32,000 nucleotides of DNA from Methylorubrum extorquens (GTDB lineage Bacteria; Pseudomonadota; Alphaproteobacteria; Rhizobiales; Beijerinckiaceae), in NCBI GenBank assembly GCA_900234795.1, contig LT962688.1:1350001-1382000 (forward strand), read 5' to 3'. Positions 12,640-20,677 of this stretch are shown here, in pieces. Position 1 is the first letter of the stretch, and each line of letters begins with the position of its first letter. The notes beneath the pieces were generated by a model. It did not search any database, had not been told where the DNA came from, and worked only from the letters and a program-made list of their open reading frames with translations. The position numbers and the translations under genes were made by a program.

Positions 12640-15093
12640 TCACGCGTAGGCCCGGGCGGCCTCGTTCGAGAACAAGGCCCGCAGCCGCGCCCGATCCGAG
12701 GGGCCGGTCTCCGACAGGTTCGTCATCGGAGCGGGCCGGGCGAACAGGTAGCCCTGCATCTGGTCGCAGCCGAGTTCGCGCAGAACCGTGAGCTGCTCTT
12801 GCGTCTCCACCCCCTCGACCGTGACCGTGAGGCCGAGATTGTGCCCGAGATGGGTGATCGCGCGCACGATCGTCAGGGCGTCCGCGTGCTGCCCGAGGCC
12901 GCGCACGAAGGACCGATCGACCTTGATCTTGTCGAACTGGAACCGCTGCAGGTAGCTCAGGCTCGAATAACCCGTGCCGAAATCGTCCAACGCGAGGCGC
13001 ACGCCGAGGGTGCGGAGCGCCGTGAGCACCGTCAGCGCCGTCGCCGCGTCGTGGATGAACACGCTCTCGGTGATCTCCAGAACCAGCCGCCCCGGTGAGA
13101 GCCCGTGGCGGCCGAGGACTGCGGCCACACCGGCGGCGAAGCCCGGCTGGCGGAACTGCTTCGGCGAAACGTTGACCGAGACCCGCCAGGGATGCGGCCA
13201 AGCTGCGGCGGCGGCGCAGGCGGTGTCGAGCACCCAGGCGCCGATCCGCCCGATCTGGTCGGTCTGTTCGGCGAGCGGGATGAAGTCCGCCGGGAACACG
13301 CAGCCGCGCTCCGGATGGTGCCAGCGGATCAGCGCCTCGAAGATCTCGATCTCCCCGGTGCGGCCGTTGACGATCGGCTGGTAGTCGAGGGCCAATTCGC
13401 CCCGCGCGATCGCCCCGCTCAGCTCGTGCTCGATCCGGCGGCGCGCCTGGAGCTGCTCGTCCATCGCAGCCTCGAAGAAGCGCACCGCGCCGCGGCCCTC
13501 GTCCTTGACCCGGTACAGGGCGGTGTCGGCGGCGCGCTTCAAGCTCTCGGCGGTGCTGCCGTCGCTGGGATAGAGAGCGATGCCCACCGAGGCGCCGATC
13601 TCGACGCGCAAGCCCTCGACCGAGCCTCCGATCTGGCCCTCGATCTGGAACGGGCGGCCGAGCGCCGCGACCAGACGCTCGGCGGTCTCGGCGACCTGCG
13701 CGAGGCTGCGGGTATGAGCCAGCACGATGACGAACTCGTCGCCGCCGATCCGGGCGAGGGTGTCGGTCGGGCGCAGCTCGGCCAGCATGCGCTTGGCCGC
13801 CTGGACCAGCAGGGCGTCGCCGGCGGCGTGGCCGTGAAAGTCGTTGACGGGCTTGAACCGGTCGAGGTCGAGATAGGCCAGGGCCACGCTCGTCCCGTTC
13901 TCGGCCGCATTCTCCAGGGCGAGCCCCAGGCGCTCCTCCAGCAGGGTGCGGTTGGGCAGGTCGGTCAGGGCGTCGTGCAGGGCGAGGTGGCGGATGCGCG
14001 CCTCGTCGCGGCGGCGCCGGCTGAGGTCGCGCAGGGCCACCGCCGTGGCGGGCCGGCCGAGATAGTCGATGGCGCGGCAGGTGAGTTCCACCGGCACGGC
14101 GATGCCGGCGGCGGTGCGGACCTCGAACTCCTCCGGGAACAGATCCTCCGGGTGGCACCGGCTGCGCCGCAGCAGAACCGGAGCGTCGGCCTCCGCGAAC
14201 AGGTCGAGCAACGGCCGGCCGATGATCTCGGAGGCCGGGGCCCCGAACAGGCGCAGGCCCGCCTGATTGATCTCGACCACCCGGCCCTCGCGGTGGATGA
14301 ACAGCACCTCGTGGGCGAGGTTGCCGAGCAGGCGCATGCGGCTCAGCTCGTCCATGCGGCGGCGCATGAGATGCTGCTGCATCAGCAGCGCCGTGAGCCC
14401 GGCAGCGAGGACGGCGAGGCTGACGAGCCCTACCGCGAGGCCGAGCTGCGTCGAACCGAGGACGGCCCCGCCCCCCGCCACCGGGGCGGCGGGCGCGACG
14501 GTGAGCGCCGTCATGCCGGTGAAGTGCAGGCCGCAGATCGCGAGCGCCAGCCACAGGCTGACCTCGATGCGGCGGCCGAGCCCGGCGAGATCGCCGGCCC
14601 GGGCGAGGGCGATCACCGCAAGGGTCGCGCAGAGCCCAAGCGAGGCGTGGACAAGCGCCTCCTCGAAGGCGAGCAGGCTGTTGGCCGCCATCGCGCCCAC
14701 ACCCGCGTAGTGCATGCCCGAAATCGCCGTCGCCAGCACCAAGCCGGCCGCCGCCACCTTGAGCGGGTCGTGGTCCGCCCGGCACCAGATCAGGAAGGCG
14801 ATCAGCGCCCCGGCGACCGCAATCCCGATCGAGGCTGCGGTGGGAAGAAGGCCGTAGGCTGCCTGCGCACCCGGCTGAAACGCCAGCATCGCTACGAAGT
14901 GCAGCGACCAGACGCTGCAGCCGAACACGAACGCCGCCGCGATCAGCCAGGGGGAAACGGACCGGCGCTCGGCCCTAGCAGCCTCGGCCATCAGGGTGAC
15001 GGTGGAGAAGCAGCCGAGCAGACAGATCCCAGCCGAAACGGCAACAAGGCCGAAATCGTGCTGGCTCGCGACACAGGCGACGATTTTGAGCAT
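12640..15093 (-). CDS. MHYT-PAS-GGDEF-EAL cyclic-di-GMP signalling protein
   Basis: The N-terminus has about 6-7 TM helices carrying MHYT-type motifs (SLHFVAML, SGMHYAGVG, GLHFTGMT), followed by a PAS-like segment. The GGDEF domain has an intact RIGGDEFVIVL. The EAL domain has FEALIRW, DDFGTGYSSLSYL and EGVET. The track start at 15105 is a TTG; the ATG at 15093 (MLKIVACV...) is the likelier start. Confidence 0.92.
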   Translation of the reverse strand: MLKIVACVASQHDFGLVAVSAGICLLGCFSTVTLMAEAARAERRSVSPWLIAAAFVFGCSVWSLHFVAMLAFQPGAQAAYGLLPTAASIGIAVAGALIAFLIWCRADHDPLKVAAAGLVLATAISGMHYAGVGAMAANSLLAFEEALVHASLGLCATLAVIALARAGDLAGLGRRIEVSLWLALAICGLHFTGMTALTVAPAAPVAGGGAVLGSTQLGLAVGLVSLAVLAAGLTALLMQQHLMRRRMDELSRMRLLGNLAHEVLFIHREGRVVEINQAGLRLFGAPASEIIGRPLLDLFAEADAPVLLRRSRCHPEDLFPEEFEVRTAAGIAVPVELTCRAIDYLGRPATAVALRDLSRRRRDEARIRHLALHDALTDLPNRTLLEERLGLALENAAENGTSVALAYLDLDRFKPVNDFHGHAAGDALLVQAAKRMLAELRPTDTLARIGGDEFVIVLAHTRSLAQVAETAERLVAALGRPFQIEGQIGGSVEGLRVEIGASVGIALYPSDGSTAESLKRAADTALYRVKDEGRGAVRFFEAAMDEQLQARRRIEHELSGAIARGELALDYQPIVNGRTGEIEIFEALIRWHHPERGCVFPADFIPLAEQTDQIGRIGAWVLDTACAAAAAWPHPWRVSVNVSPKQFRQPGFAAGVAAVLGRHGLSPGRLVLEITESVFIHDAATALTVLTALRTLGVRLALDDFGTGYSSLSYLQRFQFDKIKVDRSFVRGLGQHADALTIVRAITHLGHNLGLTVTVEGVETQEQLTVLRELGCDQMQGYLFARPAPMTNLSETGPSDRARLRALFSNEAARAYA

Positions 15094-15441
15094 GAAGACC
15101 GGCAAGCCTGATAACCAAAGGCCGGCTTAGGCTGCGCCGATTAAGGTGATGCTGTTGGTATTCCGCTCAATTTTATCGTTCTTACACTGAAAGTACACAT
15201 CGTAACTTGGGTTATATACTGGCGCTGCCTCCACGCTGCGAAACCGAAGATTCCTTTTTCTCACAGCATCATGACGCCAGCGTCCGGACGCACGCCGCTT
15301 GACGGCGGACTCGCGCCTGCCCTAGAGCCGCGCCATCATGACGGGCTTTTTCCTCTCCGAGTCGTATCGCGCGCCGCTCCCCTTAAGCGGCATCGGACTC
15401 GTCATGTCTTCAGCCGCTGCGTCGTCGGCGGCTTGAGGATC

Positions 15442-16296
15442 ATGGAACATCCCGCAACGGACCGCCGACCTCGCCCTTCGTCCGAGGTCACAAAGTGTCT
15501 GCCCTGCATTCCTCCTCCCCTGCCCCCCTCGATCGGTCTCGTCGGCTTCGGCGCCTTCGGCCGCCTGATCGCCCGCCATCTCGCGCCGCATGCCCGCCTG
15601 ACGATCCACGACCCGTACCTGCCGGCCGGGCTGATCGCGGCGCAGGCGGGGCCGGAGGCGGTCGCAGCCGACCTGCGGCATGTGGCAGCCTGCCCCGTGG
15701 TGATCCTCGCGACGCCCGTGGCGCGCCTCGGCGAGGCGGTGCGCGCCCTCGCCCCGCATCTGCGGCCGGGCACGCTGGTGGTCGATGTCGGCTCAGTGAA
15801 GACGGAGCCCGCCGCGATCCTGGCGGCGGGATTGCCCGCCGATGTCGAGATCCTCGCGACCCATCCGCTGTTCGGACCGCAGAGCGCAGGCGACGGCATC
15901 CGCGGCCTGAAGATCGCGGTCTGCCCGATCCGCGGACGGGGCGCCTTCAGGGCGGCGGCCTTCCTACGGCGCGGGCTCGGTCTCGATGTGATCCTGACCA
16001 CCCCGGAGGCGCATGACCGGGCGATGGCCTCGGTTCAGGGTCTGACCCACCTCATCGCCAAGGTGCTGGTGGCGATGGAGCCGCTGCCGACGCGGATGAC
16101 GACGCGCAGCTTCGATCTGCTGATGCAGGCGGTCGGCATGGTGCGGGACGATGCGCCGGACGTGTTCCACGCCATCGAGCGCGCGAACCCGCACGCGGCG
16201 CAGGTGCGGCAGCGCTTCTTCGCGCTGGCCGGGCAACTCGATGCCGAGCTGGCCGGGGAGGCGGTTCCCGCCGCGCCGGTCCGCCTCGCCTCTTAG
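15442..16296 (+). CDS. Prephenate/arogenate dehydrogenase family protein (TyrA-like)
   Basis: Rossmann motif IGLVGFGAFGRLIARHL, plus VVILATPV...VVDVGSVK...ATHPLFGP, typical of TyrA. The start is uncertain. The track ORF begins at 15271, but the first in-frame ATG near the fold is at 15442, which still leaves about 30 non-conserved residues. Confidence 0.75.
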   Translation: MEHPATDRRPRPSSEVTKCLPCIPPPLPPSIGLVGFGAFGRLIARHLAPHARLTIHDPYLPAGLIAAQAGPEAVAADLRHVAACPVVILATPVARLGEAVRALAPHLRPGTLVVDVGSVKTEPAAILAAGLPADVEILATHPLFGPQSAGDGIRGLKIAVCPIRGRGAFRAAAFLRRGLGLDVILTTPEAHDRAMASVQGLTHLIAKVLVAMEPLPTRMTTRSFDLLMQAVGMVRDDAPDVFHAIERANPHAAQVRQRFFALAGQLDAELAGEAVPAAPVRLAS

Positions 16297-16399
16297 AGCA
16301 TCGTCCTGGATACCTGATCCAGGACGATGCTCTAAGCTACTAATTTTGCATCATCTTTTTCCGAAAGCCGGCAACCACCTTTCGGGACGATGCTCGAGA
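16294..16399. repeat. Composite intergenic repeat: an 18-bp perfect inverted repeat, a third partial copy and an internal 8-bp hairpin
   Basis: tagagcatcgtcctggat-acctg-atccaggacgatgctcta spans 16294..16334 and overlaps the TAG stop of the TyrA-like gene. ggacgatgctc recurs at about 16385..16396. Between them, tccgaaag-ccggcaaccac-ctttcgga forms a hairpin. It resembles a class of dispersed intergenic elements I recall from Rhizobiales genomes, but this is unverified. Confidence 0.65.
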
Positions 16400-16402
16400 A
16401 TC

Positions 16403-16433
16403 AAAACGCCCCGCGCCGGGCTGGCGCGGGGCG
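16403..16433 (-). terminator. Rho-independent terminator of the FadL-family gene
   Basis: The minus strand reads cgccccgcgcc-agccc-ggcgcggggcg followed by TTTT, about 20 nt after the stop at 16454. Confidence 0.7.
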
Positions 16434-16453
16434 TGGCGCGGCCGATCAGCCGA

Positions 16454-17778
16454 TCAGAACTTGCGCACCAGCGGGGCCGGGGCGACGGCGGCGGGGGCGT
16501 CCCACTGGTAACGGAACCCGACCGAGACGACGTCGGCGCTGACATCGGTGGAGGCCGCGAGCGGGATGTTGCCGATGTTGTAGTCGCGGCCGGGGCCCGC
16601 CAGGAGAAGGCCGCGGTCGAAGAAGGCGTGGGCGTAGCTGGCCGTCAGCAGCACCTTCTCGCTCCAGCGATAGCTGCCGCCGATCGAGACGACGTAGCGG
16701 TCGCTGTCGGGCAGGCGCGCCGAACGGTTCGAGAAGTCGATCGGCACGTTGTCGTAGCCGAAGCCGGCCCGCAGGGTCAGGTTCGGCGACCAGTCGTACT
16801 CGGCACCGATCGAGTAGAAGAACGAGTCCTTGAAGTTGAGCGGCAGGTGGTTGACCGTCACGCCGAGCGCCCGCGAGACGATGCCGACATCGCCGAGCCT
16901 CGACCAGTTGTCCCACTCGAAGCCGAGATTGATCCGGGTGACCGGGTTGATCGCCTGGGTCAGGCCGACGCTGACCTTCTCGGGCGTGTTGAGGTTGGCC
17001 CGCACCTGCCCCAGGGCGATGGCCTGCCGCGGGTCGGGAAAGCCGATCGAGCCCGCGATGTCGTGGTGGACCGAGGAGCGGTAGCCGACGCCGATCGCCG
17101 TGCCGGCGGCGGGGGTGACCAGGACGCCGGCGGTGAAGCCCACGCCCCAGGACTCGCCCTTGATGAAGCCCGACGGGTAGAGGCCCGGGAAGGTGCCGGA
17201 CACCGGCACGGCCGCGCGCAGGGTCAGGCGGAAATACTCGATGCTCGGGCCGCGGCGATGGACAGCCAGTCGTTGACCTTGAAGCCGACCACCGGGTTGA
17301 AGGCCAGCGAGAAGATCCGCGAGGAGCGGGCATAGACCGAGCCCGCCCAATCCTGGCGCGGCTTGGTGACGAGGCCGTAGGGCGCGCCGGTCTGGATGCC
17401 GACCCAGAGCCGGTCGGTGAGCTGGTAGGAGGTGGCGCCCGACGGCACCACGGCGCCCTGCCCGACCTCGCCGGAGGCGCCGAAGGGCAGCAGGCCCGGC
17501 GCGGTCCCCACCGTCGGCGTGATCTCCCCCGACAGGTTGATGAAGCTCAAGCTCTGCTCGCTGGCAAAGCCCGGCCGCATCGTCACCGTCGCCGGGTTCC
17601 AGAAGATCGACGAGACACCTGCCCCGCCCGACGCCGCACCCGCGAAGGCGACGCCCAACCCCTGTGCACTCTGCTCGCGCAGGCCGAAGGCACCGGCCTG
17701 CGCCCCGCTCGCGCCCGCCATCGAAACGGCCGCGACAGCCCCCGCGAGCCCGAGCGCGCGGATCGTCCCCCCAGTCAT
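16454..17778 (-). pseudogene. FadL/OmpP1/TodX-family outer-membrane transport protein, interrupted by a 1-nt frameshift
   Basis: The two overlapping track ORFs are the N- and C-terminal parts of one family member. ORF 17224..17778 carries the signal peptide MTGGTIRALGLAGAVAAVSMAGASGAQA, then GAFGLREQSAQGLGVAFAGAAS...NPATV. ORF 16454..17350 gives ...IEYFRLTL...GFEWDNWS...RAGFGYD...VGFRYQW...VRKF. The frames meet at ...KVNDWLSIAA / GPSIEYFRLTL... around 17248..17253. Confidence 0.7.
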
Positions 17779-18031
17779 TTGTTTTCTCCGAAGCGTTTTC
17801 TTAGCGACCCAAGTCCCATCCGGGATGGAAGAGGATCGCGCGCATTCGGTCTAGGGGAAGAAAACCGAAAACTGAATTATATATCAATTGAGGAATTTAT
17901 GTCACGGAACCAGGGTCCTGCCCCAGTCCGTGCGGTGAATGTGATCGCGCGGTGCCGCTTGCACCCTGGATCGGTCGCGGCCATGCTCGCGCACCTCTAG
18001 TTGAGCCTCGAGCAGGACGGAGACGCCGACG

Positions 18032-18916
18032 ATGAAGTTGATCCGGCACGGAGCGAGCGGTGACGAGAAGCCGGGCCTCGTGGATGCGAAGGGCGGCTTG
18101 CGCGACCTGTCGGGAACCCTGCGCGATCTTGCCGGACCGGGCCTCTCACGGGAGTCGCTCGACCGGCTCGCGCGGATCGACCCCGAAAGCCTGCCGCTGC
18201 TGCCGCCCGGCACCCGCCTCGGCCCCTGCGTCGGCGGCACCCGCAACTTCGTGGCGATCGGCCTGAACTACGCCGACCACGCCGCCGAGACCGGGGCCGC
18301 GATCCCGGCCGAGCCGATCATCTTCAACAAGGCGCCCTCCTGCATCGTCGGCCCCAACGACCCGGTGATCCTGCCCAAAGCCTCGGCCAAGACCGACTGG
18401 GAGGTGGAACTCGCCGTGGTGATCGGCGCCCGCGCCTCCTACGTCCATGCCAACGAGGCGCTGCGCTACGTGGCGGGCGTGTGCATCTGCAACGACCTGT
18501 CCGAGCGCGAATTCCAGATGGAGCGTGGCGGCACCTGGACCAAGGGCAAGGGCTGCCCGACCTTCGGCCCGCTCGGCCCCTGGCTCGTCACCCTCGACGA
18601 GATTCCGGACCTGAAGAACCTCTCGATGAGCCTCGATCTCAACGGCCGGCGGATGCAGACGGGCTCGACCGCGACGATGATCTTCGACGTGGCGCAGATC
18701 GTCGCCTACGTCTCGCATTTCATGATGCTGGAGCCCGGCGACGTCATCACCACCGGCACCCCGCCGGGCGTTGGCCTCGGCATGAAGCCGCCGCGCTACC
18801 TCAGAAGCGACGACGAGATGGTACTGCGCATCGACGGCCTCGGCGAGCAGCGCCAGCGGGTCGTGGCCTTCGACGACTGGACCGCCAAGGTCGCCGCCGG
18901 CGAACCGACGAACTGA
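18032..18916 (+). CDS. Fumarylacetoacetate hydrolase (FAH) family protein
   Basis: 294 aa. MKLIRHGASGDEKPGLVD..., NFVAIGLNYADHAAE, TDWEVELAVVIG, CNDLSEREFQ, GKGCPTFGPLGPWLVT and GDVITTGTPPGVG are characteristic FAH-fold motifs. Confidence 0.9.
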   Translation: MKLIRHGASGDEKPGLVDAKGGLRDLSGTLRDLAGPGLSRESLDRLARIDPESLPLLPPGTRLGPCVGGTRNFVAIGLNYADHAAETGAAIPAEPIIFNKAPSCIVGPNDPVILPKASAKTDWEVELAVVIGARASYVHANEALRYVAGVCICNDLSEREFQMERGGTWTKGKGCPTFGPLGPWLVTLDEIPDLKNLSMSLDLNGRRMQTGSTATMIFDVAQIVAYVSHFMMLEPGDVITTGTPPGVGLGMKPPRYLRSDDEMVLRIDGLGEQRQRVVAFDDWTAKVAAGEPTN

Positions 18917-18940
18917 CGCACGGCACAGGGTTCTCCGACG

Positions 18941-18970
18941 GGTTCGACGAGGCTTTGGCCCCGTCGAACC
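18941..18970. terminator. 9-bp hairpin between the convergent FAH gene and the small secreted-protein gene
   Basis: ggttcgacg-(12 nt)-cgtcgaacc. There is no U-tract, so the role is tentative. Confidence 0.3.
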
Positions 18971-19001
18971 GGCCCGGTCGTCGTCCTCGGTGGCGGACCG
19001 G

Positions 19002-19388
19002 TCACCGGCGCAGCGGGGCCGTCGCGCGGTTTTGCTGCAAGAGGAGGCGGCCGATCAGGCCGTCGCAGTTCAGGGTCCGTCCGACGCACTCGGCCGACAT
19101 CCAGATCTTCACCTGCCCGTCCTCCTGCACGACCCTTCGGCAGATATAGGCGTCCGGTTGATCGCCGTGGGCCTTGTAGAGTGTCCAGATGATAAAACGC
19201 TTCGGGTCCTCGATCTCGATGACCGAGCCGTTGTCCCGCAGCACCTGGGCACCCGGCTCTGTTTTAAGGGCCGCCACCATGGCACGGAACGGCAGCACGG
19301 CGCGCTCGCAGAGCGACGCGGCTTGCGCCGTCCACGGACAGAGCAGCGCGAGTGCCGTTGCGAGGATCAGACGATCGGCCGCGAACAT
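19002..19388 (-). CDS. Hypothetical small secreted protein (128 aa, Cys-containing)
   Basis: Sec-type signal MFAADRLILATALALLCPWTAQA|AS. The mature part has 4 Cys (..SLCERAV.., ..AYICRRV.., ..SAECVGRTLNCDG..). Third-position G/C bias favours this strand over the antisense 18990..19421 ORF. I do not recognise the family. Confidence 0.6.
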   Translation of the reverse strand: MFAADRLILATALALLCPWTAQAASLCERAVLPFRAMVAALKTEPGAQVLRDNGSVIEIEDPKRFIIWTLYKAHGDQPDAYICRRVVQEDGQVKIWMSAECVGRTLNCDGLIGRLLLQQNRATAPLRR

Positions 19389-19580
19389 CGGAAGACTCGC
19401 CTAAAGTTTGCATTTCCATGATCATGCTGCCTGTGGATGCAACAACGGTCAAGCTTATGCGATGGTCGATGCCCATGCCTGCTGATCAGGGCCGAGCGCC
19501 ACGCATGCCGGGCGCTTCGCGACCGGGCTCTCCCGCGGCAAGGCTTGATTTTTTCCGCGCCTTCGCCCTCAAAGAAGCGC

Positions 19581-20588
19581 ATGAGCGACACCGTAGTCTC
19601 CCTCACCGCCTCCTCTGCCGCCATCCGGCATGATTGGACCCTGGCCGAGATCCAGGCGATCCACGACATGCCGCTGCTCGACCTCGTGCATCGGGCGGGC
19701 GTCGTGCACCGGGCGCATAACGACCCCGCCGACATCCAGCGGGCGGCCCTGCTGTCGATCAAGACCGGCGGCTGCCCCGAGGATTGCGCCTACTGTCCGC
19801 AATCGGCCCACCACAAGGGCGCCAACCTCCCCCGCGAGCGGCTGATGCCGGTGGACGCGGTGCTGAAGGAGGCCGCCGCCGCCAAGGCCAATGGTGCGCA
19901 CCGCTTCTGCATGGGCGCGGCGTGGCGCAAGCCCAAGGACGGGCCGGATTTCGATGCGGTGCTGGAGATGGTGCGCGGCGTGCGCGGGCTGGGCATGGAA
20001 GCCTGCGTCACGCTCGGCATGCTGACGCAGAGCCAGGCGCAGCGCCTCGCGGAAGCGGGGCTCACCTCCTACAACCACAACCTCGACACCGGCCCGGAAT
20101 TCTACGGCGACATCATCTCGACCCGCACCTACGACGACCGGCTCCAGACGCTGGAGCATGTGCGCCAAGCCGGCATCGGCGTCTGCTGCGGCGGCATCGT
20201 CGGGATGGGCGAGCGGGTGCGCGACCGGGCCGAGATGCTGCTCGTGCTCGCCAACCACGCCCCTCACCCGGAGAGCGTGCCGATCAACGCGCTCGTCGCC
20301 GTCAAGGGCACGCCGCTGGAAGACCGCCCGCCGATCGATCCGCTCGACCTCGTGCGGATGTGCGCCACCGCCCGCATCGTCATGCCCAAGGCCCGCGTGC
20401 GCCTCAGCGCCGGCCGCAAGAGCCTGACCCGCGAGGCGCAGATCCTGTGCTTCCTGGCTGGCGCCAACTCGATCTTCTACGGCGAGCGCCTGCTCACCAC
20501 CGCCAACAACGAGGCGGATGCCGACGCCGAGCTGCTGCGCGACATCGGCGTGCCGGTGCCCGAGGTGACGCTGGCCGCCGCGGAGTAG
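19581..20588 (+). CDS. bioB: Biotin synthase
   Basis: [40 protein letters not shown]...[19 protein letters not shown] carries the radical-SAM CxxxCxxC motif, with YNHNLDT and GIVGMGE further on. The conserved region starts near the ATG at 19581. The track's 48 extra N-terminal residues look spurious. Confidence 0.93.
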   Translation: MSDTVVSLTASSAAIRHDWTLAEIQAIHDMPLLDLVHRAGVVHRAHNDPADIQRAALLSIKTGGCPEDCAYCPQSAHHKGANLPRERLMPVDAVLKEAAAAKANGAHRFCMGAAWRKPKDGPDFDAVLEMVRGVRGLGMEACVTLGMLTQSQAQRLAEAGLTSYNHNLDTGPEFYGDIISTRTYDDRLQTLEHVRQAGIGVCCGGIVGMGERVRDRAEMLLVLANHAPHPESVPINALVAVKGTPLEDRPPIDPLDLVRMCATARIVMPKARVRLSAGRKSLTREAQILCFLAGANSIFYGERLLTTANNEADADAELLRDIGVPVPEVTLAAAE

Positions 20589-20677
20589 GGGCACGGTAAG
20601 GGGCACGGCAAGCCGGCCCTCACCTTGACTTGAAACGCCTCCCGTGAATGGTGCCGGCTCATTCTCAAGAGCCCGCC

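Noticed and set aside
10472-14785. 1437-aa minus-strand ORF, the longest in the window
   Set aside because: It is antisense to the radical-SAM gene and off-frame (same strand) to the MHYT-GGDEF-EAL gene, and it crosses their intergenic gap. It is extremely Arg/Pro/Gly/Ala-rich. Both overlapped genes have clear domain motifs in their own frames.
13105-15111. 668-aa plus-strand ORF
   Set aside because: It is antisense to the MHYT-PAS-GGDEF-EAL gene, has no motifs and shows shadow-ORF composition.
16151-17335. 394-aa plus-strand ORF
   Set aside because: It overlaps the 3' end of the TyrA-like gene off-frame and then runs antisense to the FadL-family gene. Its Arg/Asp/Val-rich product has no motifs.
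17860-17910. AT-rich core with a TCAATTGA palindrome between the FadL-family and FAH genes as a regulator operator
   Set aside because: The 8-bp palindrome is too short to distinguish from chance and no regulator gene is adjacent. It most likely reflects the divergent promoter region.
19437-19580. N-terminal extensions of track ORFs (bioB 19437, aspS 20648, rpoB 6550, rplJ 7795, GT2 22541, acyltransferase 23323, reductase 24700, P450 26054, secE 30139, TesA-like 31937)
   Set aside because: In each case the conserved protein begins at a downstream ATG or GTG. The extension lies in intergenic, repeat or upstream-gene sequence, so these are longest-ORF artefacts rather than real extensions.
20589-20612. 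Tandem 12-mer gggcacggtaag / gggcacggcaag immediately after the bioB stop
   Set aside because: There are only two copies and 24 nt in total, and no associated structure or ORF. It is likely a chance or slippage duplication.
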